Origin: an uncultured Acidobacteriota bacterium
Lineage (GTDB): Bacteria; Acidobacteriota; UBA6911; RPQK01; JAPXNP01
DNA: 64,000 bases
NCBI GenBank assembly: GCA_963777605.1
Contig: CAVZRV010000029.1
Location: 1 to 64,000, forward strand
Direction of reading: 5' to 3'
Position 1 is the first letter of the stretch. Every line of letters starts with the position of its first letter. The notes below the pieces were generated by a model, which was not told the DNA's origin, searched no databases, and saw nothing but the letters and a program-made list of their open reading frames with translations. Of the stretch, positions 14,723 through 26,300 are shown one piece after another. A program made the translations under genes and the position numbers.

Positions 14723-15487
14723 TGTAACTACATCGAAGAGTTCAATTCAGACCGGCAGCTAGCCAGCGTTGTAATCGTCTTGGACCTGAGCGGTTCGATG
14801 ATGGACCTATTTCAGAAAATGACTCCCGGTCGTCATCCTAGACCAACTCCCGAGGCGATCCTCCTTGTAGAGAGGACGATTGATGAACTTGCCCGGTCAG
14901 GTGGACAGGCCGGGGAATCCTGCCTCCTCACGTTCGGGGAGGAAATTCTGGTGTTGAAGGACTTCGACGAAGCAGAAGCCCAATCTGCAAGACTCCCCGT
15001 CGAAAAGATTCTGCAAGGCCGCACCCGGGCAACCGATGCACTGCTCTTCGCTGCCGAGAAGCTGGAGAGAAAGGCGGCGTTCTCAAGACGGCTCATCATC
15101 CTCATCTCGGATGGCGAGGAAAACAGTAGTATTTACAGCAAGGGTGAGATCAGAAGGCGACTCCTTCAGTCGGGCGCCCGACTCAGTAATATCGTCTTTG
15201 ACAACCGGGACATGATGGATAGAGGTTACACCTTCGGCAGTCTTGCATCAGCTACCGGCGGAACCACTCTGAAGTTGCCGGTGGTGTTCGAAATCAGCGC
15301 CGAACTCGCTGGGCTGAAGGAAGGAGTCCGTGTCTTCCTGAGCGAGCAGGAACATGAATACACGTTAGGCTACCGCTCATCGGTTGATTCTCTGGAAGAC
15401 CTGTCCAAGGTGAAGGTTAGCGTTCCGGGGACCGACTACAGAACAAGAATCACCATCGTCCCGAACGGACCGGAGCCCCCTGAGTGA
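14723..15487 (+). CDS. VWA-domain protein (Acidobacteria-type), 5'-truncated
   Basis: In-frame IEEFNSDRQLASVVIVLDLSGSM (MIDAS DxSxS), TDAL, ISDGEE, LASATGG and YTLGYRS. Confidence 0.8.
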   Translation, partial: CNYIEEFNSDRQLASVVIVLDLSGSMMDLFQKMTPGRHPRPTPEAILLVERTIDELARSGGQAGESCLLTFGEEILVLKDFDEAEAQSARLPVEKILQGRTRATDALLFAAEKLERKAAFSRRLIILISDGEENSSIYSKGEIRRRLLQSGARLSNIVFDNRDMMDRGYTFGSLASATGGTTLKLPVVFEISAELAGLKEGVRVFLSEQEHEYTLGYRSSVDSLEDLSKVKVSVPGTDYRTRITIVPNGPEPPE

Positions 15488-15635
15488 ATGCAGCTTGTCT
15501 GCCAGCAGCCGAATTGGGAACAATGCATCCATCCGGGTTTCAAATAGATGAAAGTGGTTCAATCATGGATGACAGCGGAGGCCACTTGAAGAGATCATCT
15601 TCAGGGAGCAATTCGGCACACTCCGATCCGCCCTC

Positions 15636-16887
15636 GTGATTGCTGTGTCCATCGGTCTGACCTGCCTATTCTCAGCAGAAATCCGGGCAACATACTTCCC
15701 GCAATATGCCTGCAAACAGGTCCAGTTCACCAGCCGTAACACGGGATGGATAATCGGCACTCGTGGAATCTACAAGACCGAAGATGGCGGGGTCACATGG
15801 CGGCAACTCCAGACCCTTCCTTATCACCTCTCCATGGGCATTCCGCCTCCGCCGGACCCCGAAGGGAACATCCCTGAAGAAGATCCAAACGCTCTGGGAA
15901 ACGGAGCAGCAATCAGCGCTGTGGGCTGGTTCGTCGATGACGAATTTGGCTACTACGGCACAGCGGACGGGGACGGTGGACTCGTCAGAACGACCGACGG
16001 TGGCGACTCGTGGACCGAACTCCTGCCCGGGATCTTGAAAGCCGGTGGGCTCGAAGACCAGTTCAAAAACGGTTGGTGGGGCGTGGGCGGGATGAGTATC
16101 GTCAGCCGAGACGTCGGGTGGTTCCTGATCGACCACCTGAGCATGTCCGGCGAACTCTGGGATACGGACTTCCGGGTACTGTCGCGAACCACCGATGGGG
16201 GAGGAACCTTTGAGTTTGCCCCGCTCGATCTCGGTCGGTGGCCGAGTCTGGTGGCTTTCGATGACTCCATTGCCCTGCTCTCCAATTATCGCCTCGATAT
16301 GCCTTCAGGAATGGAGATGCTCCTCAGCGACAACGGCGGGACCACATGGGCCCGGACGAGTCTGCCGCCCTGCAAATACTCGGCACCCATACTGCACCGA
16401 TTTGGAAGTACGATTTGGGCTCTGTGCCGGGACCTCGAGCCCCTCGATCCCACTGTTTCGAAGCGACGATCTCAGCGCCCATTGGAGGCATTTGGGCCCC
16501 AAGGGAGTGCGAGCTTGGGAAGAATTCCTGTCGGGTTTCCAATTCTCCGATCCAGAGTTAGGCTGGTACTGGTGGGGAACGCCGGTAGATCTGGATGAAG
16601 GGGGACCGATGATTCTGAGCCTCTGCAAGACGACAAACGGTGGGCAGACGTGGCAGTGTCGCGGTTGGACCTACCCGGCCACCCGAGTGGAATCCATGCG
16701 CGTCTTCTTCATTGACTCCGCAACCGGGTGGATGGTCATCGGCGGAGACGACTATAACGGCCAGTTCGACGTCTTCCGGACCGACGACGGTGGCCGGACA
16801 TGGAAAGGCATCCACGCCGGACTCTCGAAGGGTGTCGATCCTGAAGATCTCGAGCTACGGTTCGGTTACTCTCGCCCTGAGGAATGA
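15636..16887 (+). CDS. Secreted YCF48/BNR (Asp-box) repeat beta-propeller protein (frameshift near 16470)
   Basis: Repeated Asp-box motifs: TEDGGVTW, TTDGGDSW, TTDGGGTF, SDNGGTTW, TTNGGQTW and TDDGGRTW. Confidence 0.82.
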
Positions 16888-16970
16888 ACATCTCTTGGCG
16901 ACCGCGGTGTTTCAATGAGGTTCAGATACGTGGTTTTTTCGTGGTGAAGAAAAGGTGTATATTCTCACTC

Positions 16971-17225
16971 ATGCACCCGGCCACCCTTCAGAAGCTCGAA
17001 GCCTTTGCCCGCACCGTTGACTGGGTCATGCCCCATCCCCTCCATCAGCGCAAGTTCCAGAAGTTCATCCTCGAGGCCTTCAAGCAGGGAGATACGCGGC
17101 TGGAACCAGCAGAGATCGAGCAGGCCATCACCCATTGCTGCGGGAAGCGCCCCATTCACCTTGATGAATGGATCCGGGAGTATCAGCGGGGGATCGAACT
17201 GCTCCAGATCGAGCGGAGCAACTGA
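16971..17225 (+). CDS. Hypothetical protein, 84 aa
   Basis: ATG-started ORF with GC3-rich codons and an amphipathic helical pattern, preceded by an AT-rich promoter-like stretch. Confidence 0.55.
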   Translation: MHPATLQKLEAFARTVDWVMPHPLHQRKFQKFILEAFKQGDTRLEPAEIEQAITHCCGKRPIHLDEWIREYQRGIELLQIERSN

Positions 17226-17299
17226 CGATTGTAGAAACTCCAGCCACGTCTCGAACTCAACGCCACTTCCAGACGTTGACTCATCATCCCAGATTGGTC

Positions 17300-18167
17300 G
17301 CGCGCAGCGACCGTTGGGAGCTACCGGAATCCAACTCATCTGGTCTTGACTCCAGTCGAACTGGACACTGCTGAATCCAAGCGCAGCCAGTCCCGCGATC
17401 CCTGCCATGCCGGGGTAGTGACTGATCGGAGAATCCAACCGATAAGCGTTAACCTGCTCTCAGCGGCTGGATCCCAACGTCATTTCCGAGAAGCGCACCC
17501 ACTTCAGTTCATCGTGAATGCCAAGGTGGAAGATGATTTTGCTGCCGAGCACTTTCTGTTTCTTGGCGCCTTCTGCCGCTCCCCGAAGACAATCAGTTGA
17601 CTGGCGCCCGTGTCGACGAGCAGCCTTATCGGACTGGTCTCAATGGAAGCGGTCACACGGGAGGCTGGCCTGATACTCGATGGGTTTGAGATCGGGAGAG
17701 AATCGGTCGGCCGAAGCGTCAGCAGCCGGGATTCGAAGTCGATCCGAAGCGGGACCCGGATCAGCGAGTTCATCCCGATAATAGCGTCGATGCGATTGCC
17801 GATCTGGGGCAGCAGCGAAGCGAGGTCGGCGATCAGAACGGGAACCGGCCCAAGCCGGGTCTGCCCGATGTAGAGGTCGTGGACGATGGCGCTTTTCGTT
17901 TCGATCTCCCGGCCGTAGGCAAAGGCCTTCCTCGACTGTCTCTTCAGCCCCAGCCGCTTGGCCGTGTAGCGTACTCAGAACCGGGGTGCTGGCGCCCGTG
18001 TCGATCAGGAAGGTCAGACCGTCGAGCGAACCGATCCGGCCTTCGACCAGAATCATGTAGTTCCGGTAGAGGCGAAATGGGATCTCCTCGGATGGTTGCG
18101 GGATCGGGGCGGCTAAAAGGGGTTCAAAAGTCACCAGAAACAACAATGCGATCGGAAGGGTTTTCAT
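17300..18167 (-). CDS. Secreted two-domain retropepsin-like aspartyl protease (frameshifts; 3' end approximate)
   Basis: Signal peptide; two catalytic motifs FLIDTGAS and LLVDTGAS; IDAIIG and AGIAG closing motifs. Confidence 0.78.
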
Positions 18168-18492
18168 GGCCCGTTCTCCTTGGCTGTGGTGGTCAAGCCG
18201 AGGAGAACAGGGCGGGTGCTCAGGGAGTCCTGAAGGGGGTCAAAGAAAGGGCTAACCTTTCCATCAGGGAATTCAAAGGGAGTTCAAAGGATGCGTAAGC
18301 AGGAAAAGATGAGTGAGTTGCCGAGAAGACGAAATCGGTGCGGATTTCCGGGGCACTCCGCCGAAGAGGAAATTCGGTACTGAGGCCCATCGAACGGCTA
18401 CTGCGACCGATCGAAGCTGTATACATCGAATCGTTGTCCGAGAGTTGAGTCGGTTGTTAAACTCGACTCAACGTCTTCCGGAGGGGCGACTC

Positions 18493-20363
18493 ATGGAACC
18501 GGGTTTCCGAGTCGGCGACTGGCAGGTCCAGCCGGATATAGGCACGATCACCCGGGGTGAGGAGCAATTCCAACTCGAACCCAAGGTGATGGAGGTGCTA
18601 CGTTTATCTTGCCCGGCATGCCAGATGATCTCCTGCCCAAGGAGAAGATCATCCGCGCAGTCTGGCCCGATACCTTCGTCACCGACGAGGTCCTCACCAA
18701 CGCCATCTCCGAACTGCGAAAAGCCTTCGGTGATGATGCGAAGAACCCTACCTTCATTCAGACGCTGCCCAGACGGGGCTATCGGCTAATCGCGCCTGTC
18801 TCATCGTTGAAGGCTCAACAGGGCAATCAGACGCACGGGTAGATCCAGCCCCGAGACCGTTCTGGCGCCATCCAGCAGCTCTCGGCGCGGGGGGAATGCT
18901 GCTCGTGGTGATCGTTGGACTGCTGATCTGGCAGTTGATCCCGAAAGAGGTCAGCTGAAGGTCCGATCGACTCGATTGCGATCCTGCCTTTCAGGAACGA
19001 AACGGGAGACCCTGAAGCGGATTACCTCTGTACCGAGATACCCTCCAGTCTGAGCGCGAGGCTCTCCGGCCTCAAAGGAGTTAGAGTAATCCCCACCAGT
19101 AACCTTAGCCGTTTCCGAAACGAAGAGGTCGATGCTTCCGGGGCTGCAAACCAGCTTCGCGTCCGGGCCATCCTGCAGGGCTGGATTTTGCAGGTCGGGA
19201 ACCAGCTTTCCATCGGGGTGGAATTGAGCGATGGGGTGGAGAACCGGGTCCTCTGGGGGGAAAAATACCACCGTCCTTTTAGTGACGTTTTTGAGATCGA
19301 AGAGGAGATCGTCGGAAAGATAACCGGCGGCTTGCAACTGGAGTTGACCGGAGAGGAGGAAGGCCGGATTGGTCCGGCGGCCGACCGAGAACCAGGAAGC
19401 TTACGAGGATTACTTGAGAGCCGATTTCCTAACGGACGAGGCCAATGGAGCGCTTAAACACAGAGCCGTTTATTTTCGAACCGCCATCCAATACTTCGAG
19501 CGTGCCATAGAAGAAAGACCCCGGATTTGCGCTCGCTTACGTGGGTCTCTCCTCTGCCAATTGGTGGCTTTCCCGCGAAACTCATTCGCCGGATGGGCTC
19601 GCAAAAAGCAAGCACTTTGCCCGGAAAGCTCTGGAACTGGACCCAACCTTGCCGGCTGCTCATCGTTGGATGGGACTTTTCCTCTTTTCCACTGAGCGAG
19701 ACTGGAAGGGTGCGGAAGCCGAGTTCGAGACGGCCCGAAGGCTTCGGTCGGATGCGCTTCTTGCTACATTTCCTATCCCTATTTCCTGCATTGGATGGGC
19801 CGCCATGAACAGGCTGTCGAAACAGTAAACGGCATGGCAAGGATTGCGGATCCCGGTTCGGAATCTCAGACCGGCACTCCTCGCGTACCAGTACTACTTC
19901 CTGCGCAAATTTGACAAGGCGCTGGAAACTAACAAGTCCCGGAAACTTCGTCGAGACTCCTTGGTTGCAGCTCCTGTGCTATCAGGCTCTGGGGCAGGAC
20001 GAGAAAGCCCTTGCCTCAGTCATGCAAAATTCAATGGAGAACAGTGAACCCGAGGAGGATCGGGAGGAATATCGAAAAGCGTTCCAAGAATCAGGGCTAA
20101 AGGGCGTTTGGAAGGTCTGGGCGGACCGCGCCGTTGAACGGCAAGATCAGGAGTATGACATCGCCGCGGCGTATTCACTTGCCGGGGATAAAGATCGTGC
20201 GTTTGCGTACATGGAAAAGACATATAGCCCGTACGATCCGAGACCCTTCGTGGCGGACATCCGCTTCGACTCCCTACGCGACGATCCCCGCTACGAGCAG
20301 CTCCTGCGCAAGCTCAACCTGCCGGAGGAGGCGATTGCCATCCACTTGAAGGCGGAATACTGA
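18493..20363 (+). CDS. CadC/ToxR-like winged-helix, transmembrane, TolB-like and TPR protein (multiple frameshifts)
   Basis: FRVGDWQVQPD..LEPKVMEVL, VWPDTFVTDEVLTNAISELRKAFGDDAKNPTFIQTLPRRGYRL, IDSIAILPF, ARKALELDP and DIRFDSLRDDPRY. Confidence 0.82.
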
Positions 20364-20849
20364 GACAGGCGGATTGATAATCGAGAGGTTAGTCGGGGGG
20401 ATGCTACCCCGACTTGCCGCTACGGCCAAGAGCAGCGACGCGGGATACCCGGCCGGCACATCGACAAGCGGTACAATGCCGGCAATCTTCCAGCTGGGTC
20501 CATAATCCCTTAATAGGTACTTATATAGGGTTTGTGAACCCACCCATGAATCAGTCAGCAGTGACTGTCGGGAAACGGAAAGTAACGTCGCTAGCCACGA
20601 TGGAGAATTGCCCTCACGAGACAGTTGCTCGGGAACAGTGGCCAGAAAAGACATCTTTCCCAGTCGCTTTTGGTGAGAAATCCCCGGACAGTGGGGTCGG
20701 CACCAAGAGCTATCCGTCACTCAGGGGCTCAGGCTGTCAGCGACATCTGGCCCATGCCGTACCCCTCTTGGACGCAAGCACCCTCGGTTCCCGGACCTTG
20801 GTCCACGGGAATCACCCAAGCGAAATCCGGGGGTGTCTCCGCGTGTCGG

Positions 20850-22805
20850 CTAGGCGTCGAGTCTTCTCAGCCAGGCGGTGGCGAAGTGAATCGAAAGCCT
20901 GAAGTCCAGCAGGAATCGACTCATCATCGTCCGAATGGGCAGATCGAAAAAGCGCCTCTTCTGCAGGTTGTGCAAGCAATCTTCCCAGAACCCCAGAACA
21001 TCCTGAGACAGATAGAATCCGCTGAAGGAAGAGAGCGGGTTCCATTTTCGGCAAAAGAGTCGGACCCGGGAAGGTACCTGAAGTTCAGGCAAGGTGGCAC
21101 GGGCTCGCAGATATGCGGTCTGGATCTCCGCCACACTTGATTTGAAGGCGTCACCGCTGCGCAGTTGCCTCAGTTCCTCCAGCACCCGCTGTTCGGTTGG
21201 AGACTTCGAGCGAGTCTCCAGCCAAAGCAGCTGCATTTCCAGCAGGAGCTGAAAGCTGGCGGTCACCAGGTGGCTCAGGTCCCGGGCGCGTTCGACGTAG
21301 TAGGCTCGCCTCGGCAGCGGTTCGACGCCGGGCCTAACCTCGCGGCGGCCCTTCAGGCGGAGCAATCCGGCCATCATTGGATGTCGCTTCTCGATGACCG
21401 CCGCGCTCTTGTACCAGAAGAAATTGCCGAACAGGTTCCAGTAGTTGCGTCGGGGAGCCCGGCGCAGGACGCGGCACATGTTCTCGAAGCTGTAAAAGCT
21501 CAGCCACGCGTTCTCGTAGGCGGCACGCAGGCTCCCTTGATCCGGAAAGTGTGGGTAGTCCATGGTCTCGTGCTGCGAGTCATACTTGTTGTAGTCGGGG
21601 TCCATATACCGGTTCTCGCGATGCATTTCCGAATGATCACGGGAGCCCGGCAACGGGGTCATGATGAAGAACGAGGCCATGTCGGGTTGGACGTCGTGCA
21701 TGAGCCTGTGGAGATCCCGACTGATCGATTCGGGAGAGTCGAAAGGAAAGCCCAGGATGTAACCGACGTGGGTGGCAATCTCCGCCTTGCGGTAGGCGTC
21801 GATCAGATTGTGGTAGTCATCAACATGGTTTTGCCGCTTCTTTGCAGCCTTCAAATTCTCGTCATTGATGCTTTCCATGCCGATAAACACGTTACTGCAG
21901 CCGGCCTGACGGGCCTTTTCGACGAAGCCCTTGATCTTGTAGGAAAGGACATCCACCTGCATCATGAACTCCACCGGGATCTGTTCGTTCTCCCTCAGAT
22001 CGATCAGGGCATCGAAGATCTCATTCCATGCCTGATTCCTGGCAAAGTTGTCGTCGGTGAAAAAGTAGAAGGTCATTTCATTGCGGCGATAGTTCTCCCG
22101 GATCGCATTCGCGATCAGGACCGGAGACCGATACCGCATCTTCCGACCCTGGACGTTGATGATGGTGCAGAAACTGCACTCAAAGGGACAGCCTCGTCCG
22201 CAGTCGATGGTTCCGTGCTTCGACGCCACGAACCGCTTCATGATCGGTCCGCCCTGGAGAGGAATCGGGGCCTCTCCCAGATTGGGCTTGGTTTCGGAGT
22301 AGTCGTACAGCGGAGCGAGGTTCCCGTGAACGGCATCGGCCAGCAGATCGGTCCAGCTCTCTTCCACCTCACCCCTGACGACCGTCACGCCCAGGTCGAG
22401 CAGTTCCTGGATTTCGGGAGCGATTCCGGGAATCATTGCCAACTGTCCGCTGACGTGAAATCCGCCGATCAGTACGGTCAAGCCGGCTCGCCGGAATTCC
22501 TTCGCCAGATCCGATGCCCGCGGATACTGGTGGGTTTGAACGCCGACCAGGCAGACAATCACCCGGCCGCCTTTCCCCGCGGCTCTACAGATTCGACCGG
22601 GATTGACTTTCATGACCGATTCATCGATTTCATGAATGTCGAATTCGAACCTGTTCAGGGGCTCCCGCGCGCACGCTGCCCTGGTCAGGGAGGCCAGACA
22701 GGCAAGGGTGTTGCTCGGCAGCACCCCCCGAAAATAGCGGACGACATATCCGTCATCGTCGTAACTGGATGGTTTGATCAAGTAAAGCTGGATTTTGTCT
22801 TTCAT
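20850..22805 (-). CDS. B12-binding-type radical SAM protein with long C-terminal extension
   Basis: RGCPFECSFC (CxxxCxxC), FFTDDNF, FIGMES and MTPLPGS; N-terminal IKPSSYDDDG..IGGFHVSG region. Confidence 0.88.
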   Translation of the reverse strand: MKDKIQLYLIKPSSYDDDGYVVRYFRGVLPSNTLACLASLTRAACAREPLNRFEFDIHEIDESVMKVNPGRICRAAGKGGRVIVCLVGVQTHQYPRASDLAKEFRRAGLTVLIGGFHVSGQLAMIPGIAPEIQELLDLGVTVVRGEVEESWTDLLADAVHGNLAPLYDYSETKPNLGEAPIPLQGGPIMKRFVASKHGTIDCGRGCPFECSFCTIINVQGRKMRYRSPVLIANAIRENYRRNEMTFYFFTDDNFARNQAWNEIFDALIDLRENEQIPVEFMMQVDVLSYKIKGFVEKARQAGCSNVFIGMESINDENLKAAKKRQNHVDDYHNLIDAYRKAEIATHVGYILGFPFDSPESISRDLHRLMHDVQPDMASFFIMTPLPGSRDHSEMHRENRYMDPDYNKYDSQHETMDYPHFPDQGSLRAAYENAWLSFYSFENMCRVLRRAPRRNYWNLFGNFFWYKSAAVIEKRHPMMAGLLRLKGRREVRPGVEPLPRRAYYVERARDLSHLVTASFQLLLEMQLLWLETRSKSPTEQRVLEELRQLRSGDAFKSSVAEIQTAYLRARATLPELQVPSRVRLFCRKWNPLSSFSGFYLSQDVLGFWEDCLHNLQKRRFFDLPIRTMMSRFLLDFRLSIHFATAWLRRLDA

Positions 22806-23099
22806 GGCATCTCCGAGTGCCCTGCCTCGCTGGACTCCGGCGGGTGGAAGGGCACCACGCTGATCGCAAGGTCGATTTATCGATCGGCTGAGTAAAACCT
22901 GATTTTCCTTGATCATACAATAGGCTGTTGGAAATTACCTCAAAGTTTTACTCATCCGAAATCGGTCCTTGCGGTGTACTATGCCTCCCTGTCTGCGGCG
23001 CTCTTGAGTATCGACGCGCTCACTGGATGAGCCTGCTACGCTTAACGTTCCAGGACGAGCAACTCTGGCCATTGTCTGGATTGTCTGGGAGGGTGCGCG

Positions 23100-23180
23100 C
23101 TACCGCCGCCAACGGGTGTAGCCCCAGCCTCCGCCGCCCAGCAATAGCACCACCAAGACCACGATCAATAGCGTTGACAT
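23100..23180 (-). CDS. Small membrane peptide (26 aa), DUF3309-like
   Basis: MSTLLIVVLVVLLLGGGGWGYTRWRR, with a GAGGT Shine-Dalgarno just upstream. Confidence 0.75.
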   Translation of the reverse strand: MSTLLIVVLVVLLLGGGGWGYTRWRR

Positions 23181-23318
23181 ATCTACCTCACTACTCGTTA
23201 GGAGGAGGTCGGCGGGTCGGTCTCCATGACTATCCCGCCCTTTCCCCATTTCCACAAGGATAAACAGGGTGCGGGGTGATATCAGTTCAGGTTGGCTCAT
23301 CTGTCTGGTCAAAATTGC

Positions 23319-26300
23319 TCACTCGGCGCGGAGCTTCATTTCGACGGTATGCTCACGGCGATCGTCTTGGAGCGGGATTGTTTGTCCAGATAGGGGTTGA
23401 CCATCGAGAGAGAGAAGATTCGTGTCGGCAGAATCGGGGGCAAGACGGGTAATCGTGATGTGGTAAACCGTGTGCTGGAAGCGATAGTGGATTTTGTAGG
23501 TGCTCCACGCTCTTGGCATACGAGGGATCAGGCGTAGTTGATCCCCCTCCAGATGCACACCCAGCAGCGTTTCAATGAGCAGTTGATACATCCAGCCGGC
23601 TGAACCCGTATACCAGGTCCAACCGCCCCGACCTGTGTGCGGCGCGACCGCGTAGACGTCTGCCGCGACGACGTAAGGCTCGACTTTGTAGATTTCAACT
23701 TGCGGGAGTGTTCCACCGTGATGGACGGGATTGAGGAGTGAGAACAGTTCCCAACCCCGTTCGTTTTCTCCCATGAGACAGAAGGCCATTGCGGTCCAGA
23801 TTGCGCCGTGGGTATATTGGCCGCCGTTCTCGCGGACGCCGGGAATGTAACCTTTGATGTACCCGGGGTTGAGCGGAGATCGGTCGAAAGGGGGATCGAA
23901 CAATTGAATCAGTCCGGCGTCGGAGTTTACCAGGCGCGAATCCACGGATCGCATCGCCCGGCGGGACCGGTCTGGATCGCCGGCGCCGCTGATCACCGAC
24001 CAGCTTTGCGGCAGAGAATCGATCTGGCATTCCGGATTATCTCGGGAGCCGAGCGGTTCGCCGCTGTCGAAGTAAGCGCGTCGGTACCACTCGCCGTCCC
24101 AGGCGTGCCGCTCGATGTTCTGTTGCAGTTTCCGAGCCTGGGCCAGACAGCGTTCGGCAAAGGCCGGATCCCCGTGACCGCGCGCCAGGCGGGCAAACTG
24201 GGTGAGCACGTCGTAGAGAAAGAAAGCCAGCCAAACACTTTCGCCGCGTCCCAGGTGGCCCACTCGATTCATCCCATCGTTCCAGTCACCTCCGCCGATC
24301 AGGGGCAAGCCGTGGTCGCCGAATCTCAATCCGTGTTCAATCGCACGCACGCAATGCTCGTAAAGCGTGGCCGACTCTTCGGTTCGATTCGGCAACCCAT
24401 AGTTCGCCTCCTCCTCGGGCTTGAGCGGTCGGGCTTCCAGAAAGGGAACCTGTTCGTCGAGGACGCCGGTATCCGCAAGAGACGAAACGTAGCGGCAGGT
24501 GACGTACGGCAGCCAAAGAAAGTCATCCGAAAAATGTGTCCGCACGCCGCGTCCCGACGGCGGGTGCCACCAATGCTGCACGTCGCCCTCGCGGAATTGA
24601 TGGGAGGCGGCTCGGAGGAGATGTTCGCGGGTGAGTTTCGGTTCGGCGTGCACCAGCGCCATCACGTCCTGCAACTGGTCGCGAAACCCGTAGGCCCCGC
24701 CCGACTGATAAAATCCCGTTCGGCCCCAGAGTCGGCAACTCAGGGTCTGATACAAGAGCCAGCCGTTCGCCATCACGTTCACAGCGGGATCGGGTGTATC
24801 CACGTTCACTGTGCCGAGAGTTCGGTTCCAGTAGGACCAGACCCCTTCGAGTGCTCTACGGCTCGCGTCCCGCACCTCGAAAACGCTGGATCAGGTGCTG
24901 GACGTCGGACAGGTTGCGGCCGACACCAAGGCGAAAGCGGGTTTCCCACTCCTGCCCGTTCGCCAAGTCGAACGTGACCTGCACCGCTCCGCATGGATCC
25001 AGGCCCGCGCCGACCCTGCCGGAGAGGCGCGTCTGTTTCATCGCCGCTGGCTGCGACAAGTTCCCGTTTCTCCCTATAAAGGCCTTCCTGTCTCCGGTGA
25101 GTGTTCTCGTTTTACTGTTGAAATCAATGAACGCAATCCGCTCGGCAAATTCCGTGTTGTAATAATTGCGCGCAAGCAATGCGCCGGTTTTGCGGTCCAC
25201 CTCGGTCTGTACGTGCAGCAGGCTTTTCTGGCGCAGGCCGCCCAACACCCATTCGCAGTAGCCGGTGACCGAAATTCGGCGCGGGCGCCCCGAGGCGTTA
25301 CGCAGTTTCAGGACCGAGAACTTCACGGGGGCGTCCATCGCCACATACACCCACAACTCGGAGGCGATTCCGTTTTCGGAGTGTTCGAAGACGGTGTAGC
25401 CAAAGCCGTGACGAATGACATAGGGTGCAGTGCCGGGCGCCGGCAACGGCGTGGGCGACCAAAACTTTCCGGTCTCCTCATCTCGAATGTAGAAAGCCTC
25501 GCCAGTGGTGTCCTGGACGGGATCGTTATTCCAGGGCGTCAGTCGAAATTCATGGGCGTTTTCGACCCAGGTGTAGGCAGAACCGCTCTCGGAAATCACC
25601 GTGCCAAAATAAGGATTGGCCAGCACGTTGACCCACGGGGCGGGCGTCATTTGGCCGTGCTGAAGAGTGATGACATACTCGTGGCCGTCGCGGGTGAAGC
25701 CGCCAAAGCCATTCGGAAAGATTAGATCGCGATCAGGGAGCGGCGTCGGTAGTTCGACTGAGCCCGAGCGGGTGGGTGTCAGGGCCGGGGCCGAGCGCTC
25801 CATGATAATTCGATGTTCCACTTGTTCCCTCAACGTGCCCAGTTCATCGTCCAGGACGACTCTGGCCGCAGATTGAAGCAGCACCCGGTCATCGTTGGGA
25901 ATTTGGTCGAGGCGTCGCACGAAGATGCCGCCCGGCTTGTCGAACATCTGCGCATCGATTCCCGACGAAATCAGATTGGTGATCTGATCGTGCAGCGACT
26001 GGCGGTAAATCGATAAGTCTTCGTTCAGAATGACCAGTTCGACAGTCAGTCCCTTCATGCGCCAGTAGGAGTGCGCCTGGATCAACTGCCGAACGATCTC
26101 GATCTTCGCCACGTCGCTAATGCGCAGCAGGAGAATGGGCGCATCGCCCGAAATGCCGTAGCTCCAGAGACCGTCCTGGCCGCGCCGGTTGTTGACCAGC
26201 ACGCCTGGGTTGGCCCGACGGGCGGGGTCTGCATAAATCAGCCCCGCGGCCAGGTGACTGTAAAGTTGAGCTTCCGACTCAGTGGCGTTGAGCTGGTGCA

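Noticed and set aside
17455-17465. In-frame TGA in the aspartyl protease as possible selenocysteine or recoding (also TGA at 39,689 in DtxR-FeoA)
   Set aside because: Neither site is a Cys-equivalent redox position and no SECIS-like hairpin is evident. A TGG miscall or an indel explains them better.
21165-22895. 576-aa plus-strand ORF, and similar long ORFs at 23808-24977, 30868-31926, 32825-33859 and 61793-62977
   Set aside because: These are antisense shadows of well-supported GC-rich genes and have no recognisable motifs.
23319-24875. Separate GH94 phosphorylase gene downstream of the glucan synthase
   Set aside because: The reading frames overlap at ~24,860 and the domain continues seamlessly, so this is one gene with a single indel.
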